64,000 nucleotides of DNA from Sphagnum compactum (lineage: Eukaryota): contig OZ234494.1 of the NCBI GenBank assembly GCA_965153455.1, positions 62,001 through 126,000 on the forward strand, given 5' to 3'. The notes below the pieces were generated by a model that saw nothing but the letters and a program-made list of their open reading frames with translations, was not told where the DNA came from and made no database searches. Shown here one piece after another: positions 49,946-62,801 of the stretch (within the stretch, counting starts at the first letter, position 1; each line of letters opens with the position of its first letter). The position numbers were made by a program, and so were the translations under genes.

Positions 49946-52900
49946 GAGGCCCCTTACGGTAGTCTCTTTAAACGTGAGGGGCTTAGGGAAGAACTCCTCC
50001 AAGCAAAAAGAAATCCGCTCCTGGATCTCATCCCTGGTCCCCACCCCTCAAATACTGCTTTTACAGGAACACCACCTGGGGGAAATAGATTGTTCTAATT
50101 CCACAAAAAGGATCCAATTCTGGAATGGCGCTTCTTTTTGGAACTATGGCCTACCAATGGGGCGCTCACAACGAATAAGCGCGGGCACTTCCATTCTCGT
50201 AGACAGATCCCTTGCCCCCCTCATCAGTGCCAACGGCATTCTTTTAGAAGGCAGGGCACAATACATTACTCTTCAGATCTTGGGTACTGGTACCTTGACA
50301 ATCATCAATGTTTATGCCGCCTGCTTTTCAAACGAGAGAGCGTCGATGTGGAAACGGCTGAATGGAGCGAATCTAGTTGTCGATCACTTCATCCTAGGTG
50401 GAGATTTCAACCACTGGGAAGAAACTGAGCGCGGAGGAGTGGCTGGTAAGCGTCGGATGCAGAGAAGGGAGGCGACTACGTGGCATCACTTGACACTCCA
50501 ATACGGCTTAATGGACGCATGGTTGCTTGACAGCTTTCGAAAAATGTTCGCAAAGGAATTCACTTTCGACAACGGAAGATCCGGCGCACACTCGGCAGTC
50601 TCACGCATAGACAAGTTCCTCGTTTCCCAAGACCTGGATTCGAAAGGCGGGAGAATTGAGGCGACCGTTTCGATCCGAAAATTCTCTGACCACTCTCCCT
50701 TAGTCCTATCCATATGGGGTCAGTCTGACATACCTGACAAACTATCCCATTATTTTGACTCTTCCCTACTCAAAGATGAAAAAGGGAAAGCTGAAATGTT
50801 ACAAGCCTGGGAAGGGGAGCTGCCCAAGCCCTTAAACGACTCAGAGTGGGCTCCCTGGTTGGAGGCCGCCACCAGAAGAGTATTGGCATGTAACACAAGA
50901 TTAGCGAAGGAAAGGCGCCGCCTGAGAGGGGTGCAAGTCAGAGTGCACGCAAAGAAAATCCAGCTGGCTGAGGAACAGCTCTAGCGGGACCCAACTAACG
51001 CACAAGTGCGGGAGATCCTGTCCGAATCGCAAGCAAAGCTAGCAGAGGTTTTCCAAGCCTCAGTTGAGCGCAATAGTCACCTCTCAGCGACCAAATGGTT
51101 TAGGTATGGGGACACTTGCTCCAAAACTTTCTTTGATTTCCATCGTATCGGAAAGAAAAAGACACTCCTGAAGGAGTTAGAGGTTGATGGAGGGACAATT
51201 TCCGACCAGAAAGACCTCTCTCATTACATCACAAGATTTTATGCCAACCTATATGAATCAGAGACACATGCCCCAGGCACCTCTGAGGCACAAGAGAGAT
51301 GTTGGGAGAGCGTCCCCACTCGGGTCACGGAGGCCATGAACGCCAACATGACCCGATCCTTATCCCTAGCAGAAATCACGGAAGCCATCACCTTGCTCCC
51401 CAAAGGCAAGGCCCCAAGGCACGATGGAATCCCAACAGAATTCTTTCAAGAATATGTGAATGAGGTAGCCCCCACGCTACTACTAGCTTTCAAGGCCATG
51501 TTAGCACGGGGATTGACCTCAGAATACATTAACAAGGGCATGATCACCCTAATTCCCAAGTCAGGGGAGCACTCAAAACTGGGGAATTGGCGCCCAATCA
51601 CACTTTTGGGAAGCATATACAAGATCCTTGCCAAAACTTTAGCTAGAAGAATCCAAGAATTCCTTCCTCTCGTGATCAGACCAAACCAAACCGGTTTTGT
51701 AGAAGGAAGAAACATTCTAGACAATAACTTCCTGGCTCAAGAGGCTCTGGTCTGGGCACCAGAAAGCGGTCAAGACCTTGTCCTCCTACTCCTCGATTTT
51801 GAAAAAGCATATGACAGGATTGAATGGGACTTCCTCTTCCCAACTTTGTCCAAACTAGGTTTCTGCCCCACCTGGATTCAATGGATCTCATCCCTCTATT
51901 GGCTCGCGTCCTCATCAGTTAAAGTAAACGGGGAACCTGGAGAGGACTTCAGACTCGCCAGGTCAGTCCGACAAGGCTGTCCACTAGCTCCATACCTGTT
52001 CATTCTTGCTATGGATGTTCTGGGCCATATGCTGGACGACCCAAAGCACGAAATAGAGGGAATGCACCTCCCCAAAGGGGGATGCGTCCGGGATCAAACT
52101 TTCGCGGATGACACCGCAGTTTACCTTAAGGGATCCCCAAGTAACTTAAACAAAGCTCGGGCAGTACTTGAACTTTTCTGTCTTGCTTCTGGGGCAAAAA
52201 TCAATTGGGGAAAATCTGCGGCCATATGGGCCAGCAAGGAAAAAAAGGAATGGGAATGGGGACAAGAAGTTGGGCTGAGATGGATCCCTGAGGGACAAGG
52301 GGTTCGATACTTAGGCATCCAAATAGGCTTTCGGTTACCTATCGAGGCCAATTTTGAAAAACTCATGCTCACCCTAAAAGGGAAGATGATCACCTGGGAC
52401 AAGTGCAACCTCTCTCTCGCTGGTAGAATTCTTGTTGCCAACCAAGTATTGCTTTCCTCAATGTGGTATATGGCAGCCTGTTGGAACCCCAATCCGAGGA
52501 TGTGCAACCAGATCAGAGGAGTGGTACGAAACTTCATTTGGGGGGGAAAGGCTTCTAATACACGGGCCAAGGTCAAATGGGATTCTCTTACACTTCCCTT
52601 GTCTAGGGATAATAGACCCCAAGGCACAATCCGAAGCACTTCTTGCCAAACTTTTAGTGAGAGGTCTTGCCCCAGGAGGAGAACCCTGGAAAGAGATCCT
52701 GAGGCATCGAGCAGATCAAGTCCATCTCCCGGTGCACGGCAAAGGGCCAAGCATCCCGGATATAAATTGGCTTTTTGCCGCCCCCAAGCTCAAAAAATTG
52801 AAATGCTCATTTTGGAAGAGCATCCTTGGCTCTTGGCTCAACGTAAGAGTTGGTCTAGCAAAGTCTGAACCCGCATCCCATGCGGAGGTTCTCAGACAAC

Positions 52901-54282
52901 CTATTTTCAGCAACCCTCTCATCCTCAACATGACTGGTCACCCTCTGGGAGTGAGTGGTCGCAATGAAGGACGAGCCATTGCCAATTCTGGCTGCACCCG
53001 AATCAAAGATCTTTGGGACCAGGAGGGCAGGGCATGGAAAAGCCTCCAAGCCCTTCGGTTGACCTACCACGCCACCAACAGGAACAACAGAGAAATCATC
53101 ATAGCGAGCATCCCATGGAATCCTGCAACTTACACTAACCGCTTTCAGGCAGGGGACTGGATCAGCAAAAGAAACTCCGGAAACAACACCACTCTAGAAT
53201 GGATATACCATGTAACCGCGGTCACCCCCAACACGGTGCAAGCCAATGAATTCCAGAGGGTTACCCCCACTGGTCTCATTAAAGCTACGAACTCCCAAGT
53301 GATAACCCTTTCCCCTGAAGGTTATCACCCAATCAGGGTCCTCTTTCAAGAAAGACACGGAGCCCCATATAAAGTTGCCTGAGAGTTCCCATCACTCACC
53401 AAGCTTCCCATATTTTGGATTTTCGAATCCGGTTTCATTGATGGGCTTCCCTGGGACCCGGGAGAGTGGCACTCGCAAGCCTCCTCACAAATGGGCGACT
53501 CTCCTTTTTTCGGCTATTCCGTAAAGTGGGGCTACCGAAATGCAAGGAAACCCACCCATAGCGCCAACATCTGCTCCTTCATTCAAAGGTTAAACTTGCA
53601 AAACTCCACCGTTACGCAAGTTATTGCCAGAATCTGGCATAACGCCCGACCCCGGAAGGTCGGCACTCTCATATGGCTCACTTTAAACCGGGGTCTCCCG
53701 GTTGGCACATGGCTACAATGCATGGGGATCCTCCCCACGTGCAAGGTTTGCACTGAGGAGGCCCCTGAATCCCCTCAACACTGTCTCCTCGAGTGTCCCC
53801 GCACCAAACGGGCTTGGGAGGCCTTCTATCACATATGGCAAAAATGGGGAGCGCCCAATGACATCATTCTTACCTGGCCTTTCGTCATGCTTGGTGAAGC
53901 TGTCTTCAAGAGAGAAGATGACCCCCCTGGAGTCCAAGGGTACCATGTAGGAGGCTTCTCCTACATCAGACAACCGCTTGACATCCTTCGCAGTTTTATC
54001 CTCTACTTTCTTTGGACAGAGAGATGCCGGAAGGATTTTGATAACCAGTATTCCTCTAGGAAAATCCTTCAACAAGCCTGGGTTGCTACCGTTGAGGTTG
54101 GAATGGCCACTTGGAAGGCCATTAATTCCCTTCGATCCTCCCGGGACCCTAGTATTCAAGATAGGATTGAGCAAGCCTTTAAGGCGGAATGGTGCCACTT
54201 AGGCATCTTTGGGGTTGATTGCGTCACCATCGTGTGGTGCTTCTTGCCACCCTTGTATTTCTTGGATTTCTTTAATGTTTGA
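49938..54282 (+). pseudogene. LINE ORF2: APE endonuclease, RT and zf-RVT, with two stops and one frameshift
   Basis: SLNVRGL, LQE, GDFN, SRIDK, SDH; NWRPITLL, LDFEKAYD, RQGCPLAP, FADD; CxxC..ESPQHCLLEC. Stops at 50984 and 53382, frameshift near 52605. Confidence 0.92.
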
Positions 54283-54679
54283 TGGGGCTGCTGCCTCCCT
54301 CCCCTTCTCCGGGTTTCTTCTCAACATAATTGAAGAAGGATTTAAGAGCCAGACCACTACCAGTTTAAAAACTTGAGAGAGAGAGAGAGAGAGAGAGAGT
54401 GAGTGTGTGTGTGTGTGCCACCATGATTTTGTAGCTAGTCAAGGGAGGTGGGTGGGTGGGTGGAAGAAAAGATTTGTTTTTGCTAGTGTGGTACAGTTTG
54501 TTGTCTGGCACAGTTTCAGAACCACCCATTAAGTTATTGTTGACATAGGCGCACAAATTCAACCCACAATTACTATTGGGGACAAAATAGTCAAGGACAT
54601 TATTACTTTCTACACTCAACTCATCAACTCAGCCACCACCCAGCCCAGAGGGTTGTCATGCCTAAACATGCCTAAAACC

Positions 54680-55440
54680 TGCTCATTAGGCTTTCGCAGA
54701 GCCGTAAATGGAACTGCGCTGAGTATCTGCACACACACAAACATTGCAGTTTGAGAATAAAGTGACATTAGCAAGTTACCTATAGGAACAAGTTTGGAAA
54801 GTAGGGAAACATTATTTTTCACTCTTGAATGTAGGCTGCACATTCACACATGTATGTCCTTCCACAACTTTCAAGAAATAGTCGTACAGTTCTTTTCTTT
54901 CAGATTCACCCTAGCTGCCACAGTCCTTTCTTCACCTGTAGATTATTCTAGCTAGGGCTTTTGATGTCAAAGGTTGGAGTTTTCTGGATCAGTTTACCAG
55001 CTTTGGACTAGTCCCCTCTATGTGATCTATGTCATCTATCACAAGGTTCTCCTATTCCATGTAATTGTGCATGTCTGGGCACAATGTATAACAATAAAAA
55101 AAGAACTAAACAATTTCATGGACTTTTAACCTGGACAAACCTTTTAGCAAGGACGAGATCACAAACTCCAGTCTTTGAAGTGCTTTTACCAGAAAGGAAG
55201 GCTTCACTGTTTCATTGATGTATTTTCAATTGGACAACATGAATCTCTTGGGTGTCACATGTTCTCAGTCAAAGTAAGTCAACACAAACCAAACTTCCAC
55301 ACCGAGATTTTGAGTGCCATACCTCAGGTGCAACAATTACTAATTTATCCTCTTCCTCCATGTCATCCAATAGATTCCCAACAGGGCTGATAAAAATCTC
55401 ATACAGCCATTCCAAATATCCGTCCATGGTTTTTCTTTCA
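54680..55440 (-). pseudogene. Two spliced exons of a CHAT (caspase-like, TTC28-type) domain; fragment
   Basis: Exon 55440-55323 YLEWLYEIFISPVGNLLDDMEEEDKLVIVAPE|GT and AG|ILSAVPFTALRKP from 54726 join in phase 0. This matches the CHAT N-terminal pattern LY..LI.P...L.IVP...L..VPF.AL. Confidence 0.65.
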
Positions 55441-56490
55441 AAATTCATTATGGGATGGGAGAAAGGGTGTAGGTTGATTTTTTTTCTTTTTTTTTTTTTA
55501 TTGTTGAGGGGGAGGGGGGTGGAGGTTAATGTTTTTTTTTGCCTTAAGGTATGATCCGGGCATTACGAATGTAGTGCCGGTGGCTGGTGGCTGTTTGACC
55601 AGGAAAAAAAGGAAGCGGTGCTTGGCTGTTTTAGTGCAATGCTGTGGCTGTTTTTGTTGACTTATTTCATTTTTTGTTACTTTTTTTTACTGGTGGTAAG
55701 TTTTGTAAGTTACTTTTTATTGTTGAAAGGGGTAAGTTTTGTTACTTTTTTACTGGTTGTAACTTTGATAAATTACTTTTTATTGTTGAGAAGGGCCAGG
55801 GTGAAGGGTTCTATTCATTGTGCGACGGGGGAACTTGAAAGGGTGCAGGTTGATTTTTTTTCTTCTTTTTTTTATTGTAAAGAGGAGGGGGGTGGAGGTG
55901 AATGTTTTTTTTTTCATTTCATTGGAAATGTGGAAGGAGGAGGGGGAAAAGGGGTACATTTTTTATTTGGAAATGTTTTTTTTTTCCCCAGATGTATGAA
56001 AAGGTGGAAGGAGGAGGGGGGAAAGGGGTACATTTAGGGTTTCTAGAAATGTTTTCTTCGAAGGAGGGGTTCACCGGGGGTAATTTTTTTTTACAAATTC
56101 ATTATGGGATGGGGGAAAGGGTGCAGGTTGATTTTTTTTCTTCTTTTTTTTACTGTTGAGGGGGAGGGGGGTGGAGGTTAATGTTTTTTTTTGCCTTCAT
56201 TTGACATGTGGAAGGAGGAAAGGAAAGGGAAAGGGATGATTTTTTTTTTAAATTTTGTTTTTTCATTGTGGAGTGGCTAGGGACAAGGGGAACTTGAAAG
56301 GGTTTTTTTTATAAATATGTTGAAGGGGGATGGGAGGGAGTTTATTTTCTATGTTGAAAAGGGATGAGAGGGGTTTTTTTTTTTTTTCTATGTTGAAAAG
56401 GGATGGGAGGGAGTTTTTTTTTTTTTTCTATGTTGAAAAGGGATGAGAAGGGTTTTTTTTTTTTACAAGTTCATAGGGGGGGGGGGGGGT
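55441..56490 (+). repeat. G/T-rich repeat with internal subrepeats and a TCCGGGCATTAC hairpin head; related copies at 57452-57910
   Basis: Unit aaagggtgcaggttgattttttt..gagggggaggggggtggaggt recurs about 4 times; ctatgttgaaaagggatg recurs 3-4 times. Confidence 0.65.
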
Positions 56491-58768
56491 TAGGGTTGGT
56501 TTAATTAATTAAATCTGAGCTAAAATAAAATAAACTTAATTAAACTAACCTAAACTTTGATATCCAGGGCGTGGCAATGTACAATGCTTCAAAGCTTTTG
56601 GCCCAATATCTGATCCTTAAGAGAAATATGTAGTTGCATCTGTGAAATATGTAGCTTTTTACTGTTGAAACAAGTGAGCTCTATTATGGTTTCTGTTAAA
56701 GTCTCATTGCACTTTGGTTGCACCTCACTGCCAACTAACTCAGATTTACTCTTTTCATGGTGTTGTGGCAAATGTTTAATGCCAAGTGCAAATTAGTTGG
56801 CAGATTGGGGGAAACCCTAATCTGAAAGGCGCATACGTAATACAACCCAGAACAATTCAACAACAGTTCTTGGCTATCATGAAATTTCTGATTAGTGCCC
56901 AGCAGGTACTAATTAGGAATTTCATCAATATATACAGGTAATGTCTATATCAATTTGGGTTTTCTTTTCTTTTCAAGTGTTTCCAAGTCCTTAAATTGAC
57001 GAGGCAAGAAGCATTGCATTCAACTAGTCTAGAGCAAATCTGGTTTGTAAGTTTTTCAAACCTTAAGGTATGCTCTTCAGGACATGAGGATATCCAGTTT
57101 TGCAACCCATCAGCATAACTGTCACAGGAACGAGGTCAACATAAGCGGATGCTTGTGCACGAAACAACATTGAATGGATGCTCAAATGCATCACCATAGC
57201 TCCTATAAGCACAGTGGTTAATGCTGTGCAGACCAGGAGGCCAATTCACAACGCGCACCTAATATGATCAAACAAAAATACAACTCCAGTTATGGAATTA
57301 CAAAACTTCCTGCAGACAATTTCCTGTACCTATAGGGTACCTCTGCGATGGTTTTTAACATATTCCACCTTGGTTCAAACCTATACATATGATCTATTTT
57401 TTTTTACTTTTTCAAACAGCCAGGCACCCCTTTGTAAATAGCCTATCTTAGTAATCCGGGCATTACAATCGTAAGGTCGCAGGCTCAAGGCTGTTTGACC
57501 ACAAAAAACCCGGTGCAATGCCAGGCTCTTTGTGAAGGAATGTCAAGCTGTTTTTTTTGACTTTTTTCCACTTTTTGTTATTTTTTGTTACCTTTTTTAC
57601 TACTTGTAACTTTATAAATTACTTTTTACTGTTGAAGGGGGCAAGGTGAGTTATTTTAATTTTTTTTTTATTGTTTAGGGGGAAGGGGTGCACCTATACA
57701 TATGATCCAGGCATTACGAGTGTAATGCCGCTGGCTGAGGAGGGGGGAAAGGGGTTATTTTTTTTACAAATTGATTATGGGGGGAGGGGTCGGTTGAAAC
57801 CCACCGGCCCGCAACAGACCTCACAGCAAAGACCAGACAAAGGGTGCACCTTGATTTTTTTTATTTTATTCTTTTTTTACTGTTGAGGGGGAGGGGGGTG
57901 GAGGTATGGAGTTTTATTTTTCTGTACAGAAGGAAGCCCACATGAAGACCAAGAACAAAAGCGGAAAAATCGGACAGGAACAAAAGCATACAAACCAAAT
58001 TCTTGGTCGTATACTTGGAGAGAAAAATAATAGAAAACTTACCAAGAGACATAAGAAGGGAAAGGAATACCAGCCTTCTTTTGGAATTTCTGTAGCCAAA
58101 TATTTTGTGAGGATAAAGGTGAGGGACCCCTTTATGATTTAGTTGCACATCATCAGGAGGGGAACCGGTCTCCTCGGAAACTGGCAAGGGAGGAGGAAAA
58201 CTTATAGCAACAACAGGAAGAACTTTAAAAGGAACCCAAACTTTGTTGTTAAGACGAGCAAATGAAGGTTTACTGCCCTTTCTCCACAACATTGCAGAAG
58301 CTTGATGTACCCCAGGAGAACGTCCATTGTTTGACTTGCCTTCTAAGTTGTGACCTCTTGGAAAGAAAGTGTGCAAAATACTCATCCATTCTCTTTCCAA
58401 TCGAGAGGCAACGACCTTGAACAAGTCCAAAGCAAAACAGCCTTCAGAATCTAAGAAATTCCCATCTACCTTTTTTATAGGAAAAACTCTCGATCTGAAG
58501 GAATGGAAACCCTGTTCGGCAATGGCAGCATATAGTGGCTCAAAATCCGAAGACGAACTAGCGAGAGCTTAAACAATCTGTTAACTTTTCTTACATGCTC
58601 TTAGAATCTCTCAAAGGGAGACTTAAAAGTTGGACCAACATATAACTATTATCTGCCAGTTCGATGCATCAAAAGTATGATGCCAAGTCTACTGACGCGC
58701 GACAAAATTATGTACGAGAATTGGCATCTGCGACCATCGACAGTTGCAATCTGGTCACGCATTCTATG

Positions 58769-59967
58769 GATGGTGGAATTCACGTCCACAACTGATTGAC
58801 ATTGGAATAAGGATCAGAGGCTCTAAAGACTTAATATTGGATCTGATTTATTCTCTTCATGAAGTAGCAGCATGTTAGCATCTGACACCTCCTAATTGTC
58901 TTCAGAATATTGTTAATGTTGCCAAAGTGAGCATTGAACCAGGTCTTGAGAGGATGTAACAAATTCCAAAGGACGCTCGACGAGTTTATTGCATTTCACT
59001 GGGTGGAGTTCACTGTATGGAGCACCAGTATTGGCTGCAGTTTTGAGAGCAGGAGCTCCTCTAGTCCCTTGCAGGTATGGCAGCTGAGGGGACCGCACAC
59101 GTGGAAGGAGCAAGTCATGTTGACCGAGGCTACGAGAAATTAAATCACGGGTTGCATCTTCTCGGTGCATCAATTCAGAGATTGCCTTGCCTACCATTTG
59201 ACTCGACGATGTAGTACTCTCACCTCGAACAAGAACTTTGATTCGTTGCTGGCTCTTTCCCACCTTGGTAAAATGTGAATGTTTATGTGAGTCACTCCCT
59301 CGAACGTCCAATTTCAATAGAAAATGACATGTTGAAGTCAACTTCAATCTTTTTGAATCAATAGGCTCCTTCAAGGAATGCACCTCAGACAATACTGCTG
59401 CCGGTGTTGAAGCCAGCTCATCTTTTTGCTGTACGGTCTACTAATTCTTCGAGAATTCTGTGAGGCTATCCTATCACAAGTCAAAATTGAAGTTGCATGA
59501 GCATTCGTGATCACAACACGGTTGTGACATTCTGCGTAGTTAAGAATAACATAACCAGTAACGCCCTTTACAGTGCTAGTCATTCTGGTAACACTCACCA
59601 GCTTTTTCGAACAGTCAAGTTCAGAGTGCAGATAGAACCTTAAGGTATCGATCTGTAATAAATTGAGGCGAAGTAGAAGTTTAGCAAACTAGGAGATTGC
59701 AAGATATGAGAAAATTCTCGGAATGGAGTCACTGAAGCATCTTCAATTTACTAAGAAAGCTCCAGGTACAAAGTGGATGAAGAAGCTGATACAGTTGTGT
59801 AGTTTGCATTTCCTGGTACATGAAAGCAAAGTAGAGGGTGCATGCTTTGTGGTGAAAAAAATGTGTTTGCAATTCAAGTGCAATCCACTATTTTTCAGTA
59901 CTGCTGCTGCAGCATCGTCGGTGACCATTCCCAAAAGAATCTAGCATCAATTGGCGACAACTGTACA
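58769..59967 (+). repeat. At least 1.2 kb direct duplication, copy 1
   Basis: Colinear with 62802-64000 at an offset of ~4.03 kb. Confidence 0.92.
59009..59214 (+). pseudogene. murA: MurA terminal exon fragment, frameshifted
   Basis: SLYGAPVLAAVLRAGAPLV/AGMAAEGTAHVEGASHVDRGYEKLNHGLHLLGASIQRL matches the MurA C-terminus (DLRAGAALVLAG.AA.G...H.DRGYE). Confidence 0.85.
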
Positions 59968-60173
59968 AATTGTAGATTTTAGGGATGCAACCTTCTATAT
60001 TTCTGGTGAATTTTTTAAAATTTATTTTGAAAAAATGGCCGAAAGAACCTCAGAAGAGAATCCCCACGATTTGTGTAACATCATTGTTAAGAAAAAGGTG
60101 ATCTTTGAATACACTACTTGAGTGGTGAGCTGATTCCTCTGTCAATCGGAAGGTCCTTAGGGTCATCAGCTTT

Positions 60174-60293
60174 TTACTCATCAAAGTCTGAGACACCAAG
60201 TATGTACAATAATTGAACGTCAAATATTACTGGAGTACTGGGTGCTACTCTTGGTCTTCCAGCTGCAGCACCGAGTCCTTTTGGAAATGCTAG
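60174..60293 (-). pseudogene. Terminal exon of a plastid FKBP-type PPIase (FKBP16-3-like)
   Basis: AG|LAFPKGLGAAAGRPRVAPSTPVIFDVQLLYILGVSDFDE*. No upstream FKBP exons seen. Confidence 0.72.
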
Positions 60294-61186
60294 CTGCCAT
60301 ATCAACAATGATCTTGTCATCAGTGCAGAACCAACAGATATCCACGCGTTGTAATCCAATTCCCAGTAACAACCAACATATCTCATTCGATTGCAAAGGA
60401 TTTCAAGCAACAAACGTTGATCTAATTCTTTTTCCTTTTGCATCTTTCATTTCACAAGTCAATTTGGCTCCTTGCTTCATGGGTTCCGTGCTTCATGGCA
60501 ATGTAGAACGAGAAGTGGATTCCGGCACCGGCTGGATATCAACCTTTTTCTTCGGACCAGAGCTCACGAGCACATGTATGTGACCGGAAAGCAACCGGAA
60601 GCAGAAAGGAGTTCATCGCTATGCAGGAGCGAGTCACAGGGAAAATCTAAGAACCCTGCTACAAGATTACAACGAGACTTGAGATGGACCTTCCTATTGA
60701 TCATTAGCAAGATCGTGTCGTGAGCTCTTCCTCAAGGTATGACCATCCAGCTCTTCTTTGCACGATGGGTCATCTCAACATTGTTTTGGTCGCAATACAC
60801 CTGCAGCCCAGCCGTCCAAAACGAGAATACTCACGGCCTCGTCGATTCCACGTACCACCACGAACAAAATCCAATTTAGAATGATGGACAGCTGGAATGA
60901 TGCACCTCGGACCACCAACTACTCCCAAGTTGGCCATGAGCTCTACCAGAAGCGAATCATTTTGTGTTTACACCTTGATTACATAACAACCTGGATGAAT
61001 CATACGTTTGGTGAAGTTCCGTGAAATTGATTGGGGAATTAGGGAGCGAGAGCCTACTAAACCATTATCAAAACTGAGTCCATGCACGGGATAGCCCATC
61101 CAGTGAAGATTCTTCAGCCCATATGCATATTTAAGAGAAACGTAACAGCGTATACAGTGTAAGTATTGCAGTATGAACAGAAAAAA

Positions 61187-61515
61187 TTAGTCCGATGGCA
61201 CGAAGACTATGCGTCGCTGGAAGGATGAGTTAGCCTGGTGTCCGGACTGGACCAAGAAAGCAGGTACTATGAATGTAGTATGCAAAGGAACATCTCTCAC
61301 CGAAGCTTCAAAATAATCTGATCCGTTGAAGTTCTGACTTGGGTTTCGATCGGGGTTATCAGTTGTCGTTGCTTCTGCAAAGATTGGATCCAAGATAGCC
61401 TTGTCTTTGGGATCATATGATACTTGCCTCTTTTTCCATCTGTCTTTCTCTTGCTCCGACATATGTTTTTTGCACACCAGTTTCAAACCACCCACATTCC
61501 AACCAGGGTAAGACA
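61187..61515 (-). pseudogene. Exon-like fragment of an unidentified gene
   Basis: Pyrimidine-rich acceptor ttctctttctAG followed by ~109 open codons with protein-like composition. Confidence 0.3.
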
Positions 61516-62801
61516 CTAGAAAGAGAACTACAATCGCATGACAAGTCCTTCATTTTAACTTGTTGTAAAACAGAGTTTCCAATTCCTACAGACTTCTTGC
61601 AGCATTAAATATGCACAGCGCCACAAGTTCGGTGGATGTCATACTAATACCCAAGATTGTTGCATAAGAATCCAGATCATGACGGGCCAAGAGGACTCTG
61701 TTTCATAACTCTCCATCACATATACAGCTCTTTCAGAGTTACCAGAACCAGGAGTATGAGAAAAATGCATTTACCAACATTATGTGCTTGCAGGGAGAAA
61801 ACCAGTGAAGAAGATGAATTTTAGTACCAGGAGCACCCCCTCTTTCGGGAACGACGGCTCCATTCGTAACAATAGGGCCTCCCTCGTCTTGCGGATTTTG
61901 CAGGGACCGTTGCGAGCTTGGTAGATGCAACATCTGTCCGGTTGATAATTCATCAGCTTCTTGCTCATAATATCCTATAAAAATGCTTCTACACCAACCA
62001 ACAACGGGAACATCAGATTTGTTCCTCGTACGAAGATCATCAGGTGCTAATGAATGGACGGTGCTTCCAGTTCCTTCGCCCCCATGTTTTTTCCACCTTC
62101 CGGATAAACCAGTGTAGATATGTATCTCCCATCAGAAGCGACGAGATCATGTTAGGACAGAGGTTCATGCTAAAAGAAACAAAAAGACCATGTGTCTACT
62201 GACAGATTGTAAGTTTCGGTGTCTCTGGACTCCAAAGGAGCTGCAGTCTCTTTGAAAAGAGGTCTTTTTAAAGCCATCCGCAAGGCCAATTTAGTTGCTT
62301 GCAGGGTAACTACCACGAGCCTGTCAGGTTGCGGGTTTAAGGCAAAACAGCAATTATGCACGAGTTATATAATACCACTAGACTGAACTATAACATAATG
62401 TTATTCTATTCAAGAAGAGGGTACAAGAAACACCTTGTTGGGAGGAAAGAGCGATTGATGGAGAAGCCAGAGGGTGTCAAGGGAGATGGGAATTACCAGT
62501 GACAATAAGTCTTATCATTCAAGGGAGATGGAGTTCTGTCTCCTGGATTGCCTTGTCCTGGGTACGGTGAACGTGACAGCAGAGGTGGATTTGACGGAAT
62601 TGGTGTTGAAGGTTCCTTTGTTGACCGCGCGTGGGCACTCTCCCTTGTGTATTTTGGGTGCACAGAAATAGTTCTCACTGACACCACCGGACTTTGACCT
62701 GAGGGAACTCCCCTACTTCTCAAGATTCTCGAATTAGGCTCCTTGCATACTTAATGCCACTTGGTTAATGGAAATCAAAGTGTATTCGGTGGGTAACCCT
62801 C

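Larger units (their letters stand above)
48552..54318 (+). mobile_element. L1-like LINE, probably 5'-truncated, decayed
   Basis: 14-bp TSD TCTCAACATAATTG at 48538-48551 and 54319-54332; empty site present near 47236-47249. Confidence 0.93.

Noticed and set aside
57861-58570. 189 aa minus-strand ORF
   Set aside because: No recognisable domain and a non-ATG start; possibly another captured or TE fragment, but unassignable.
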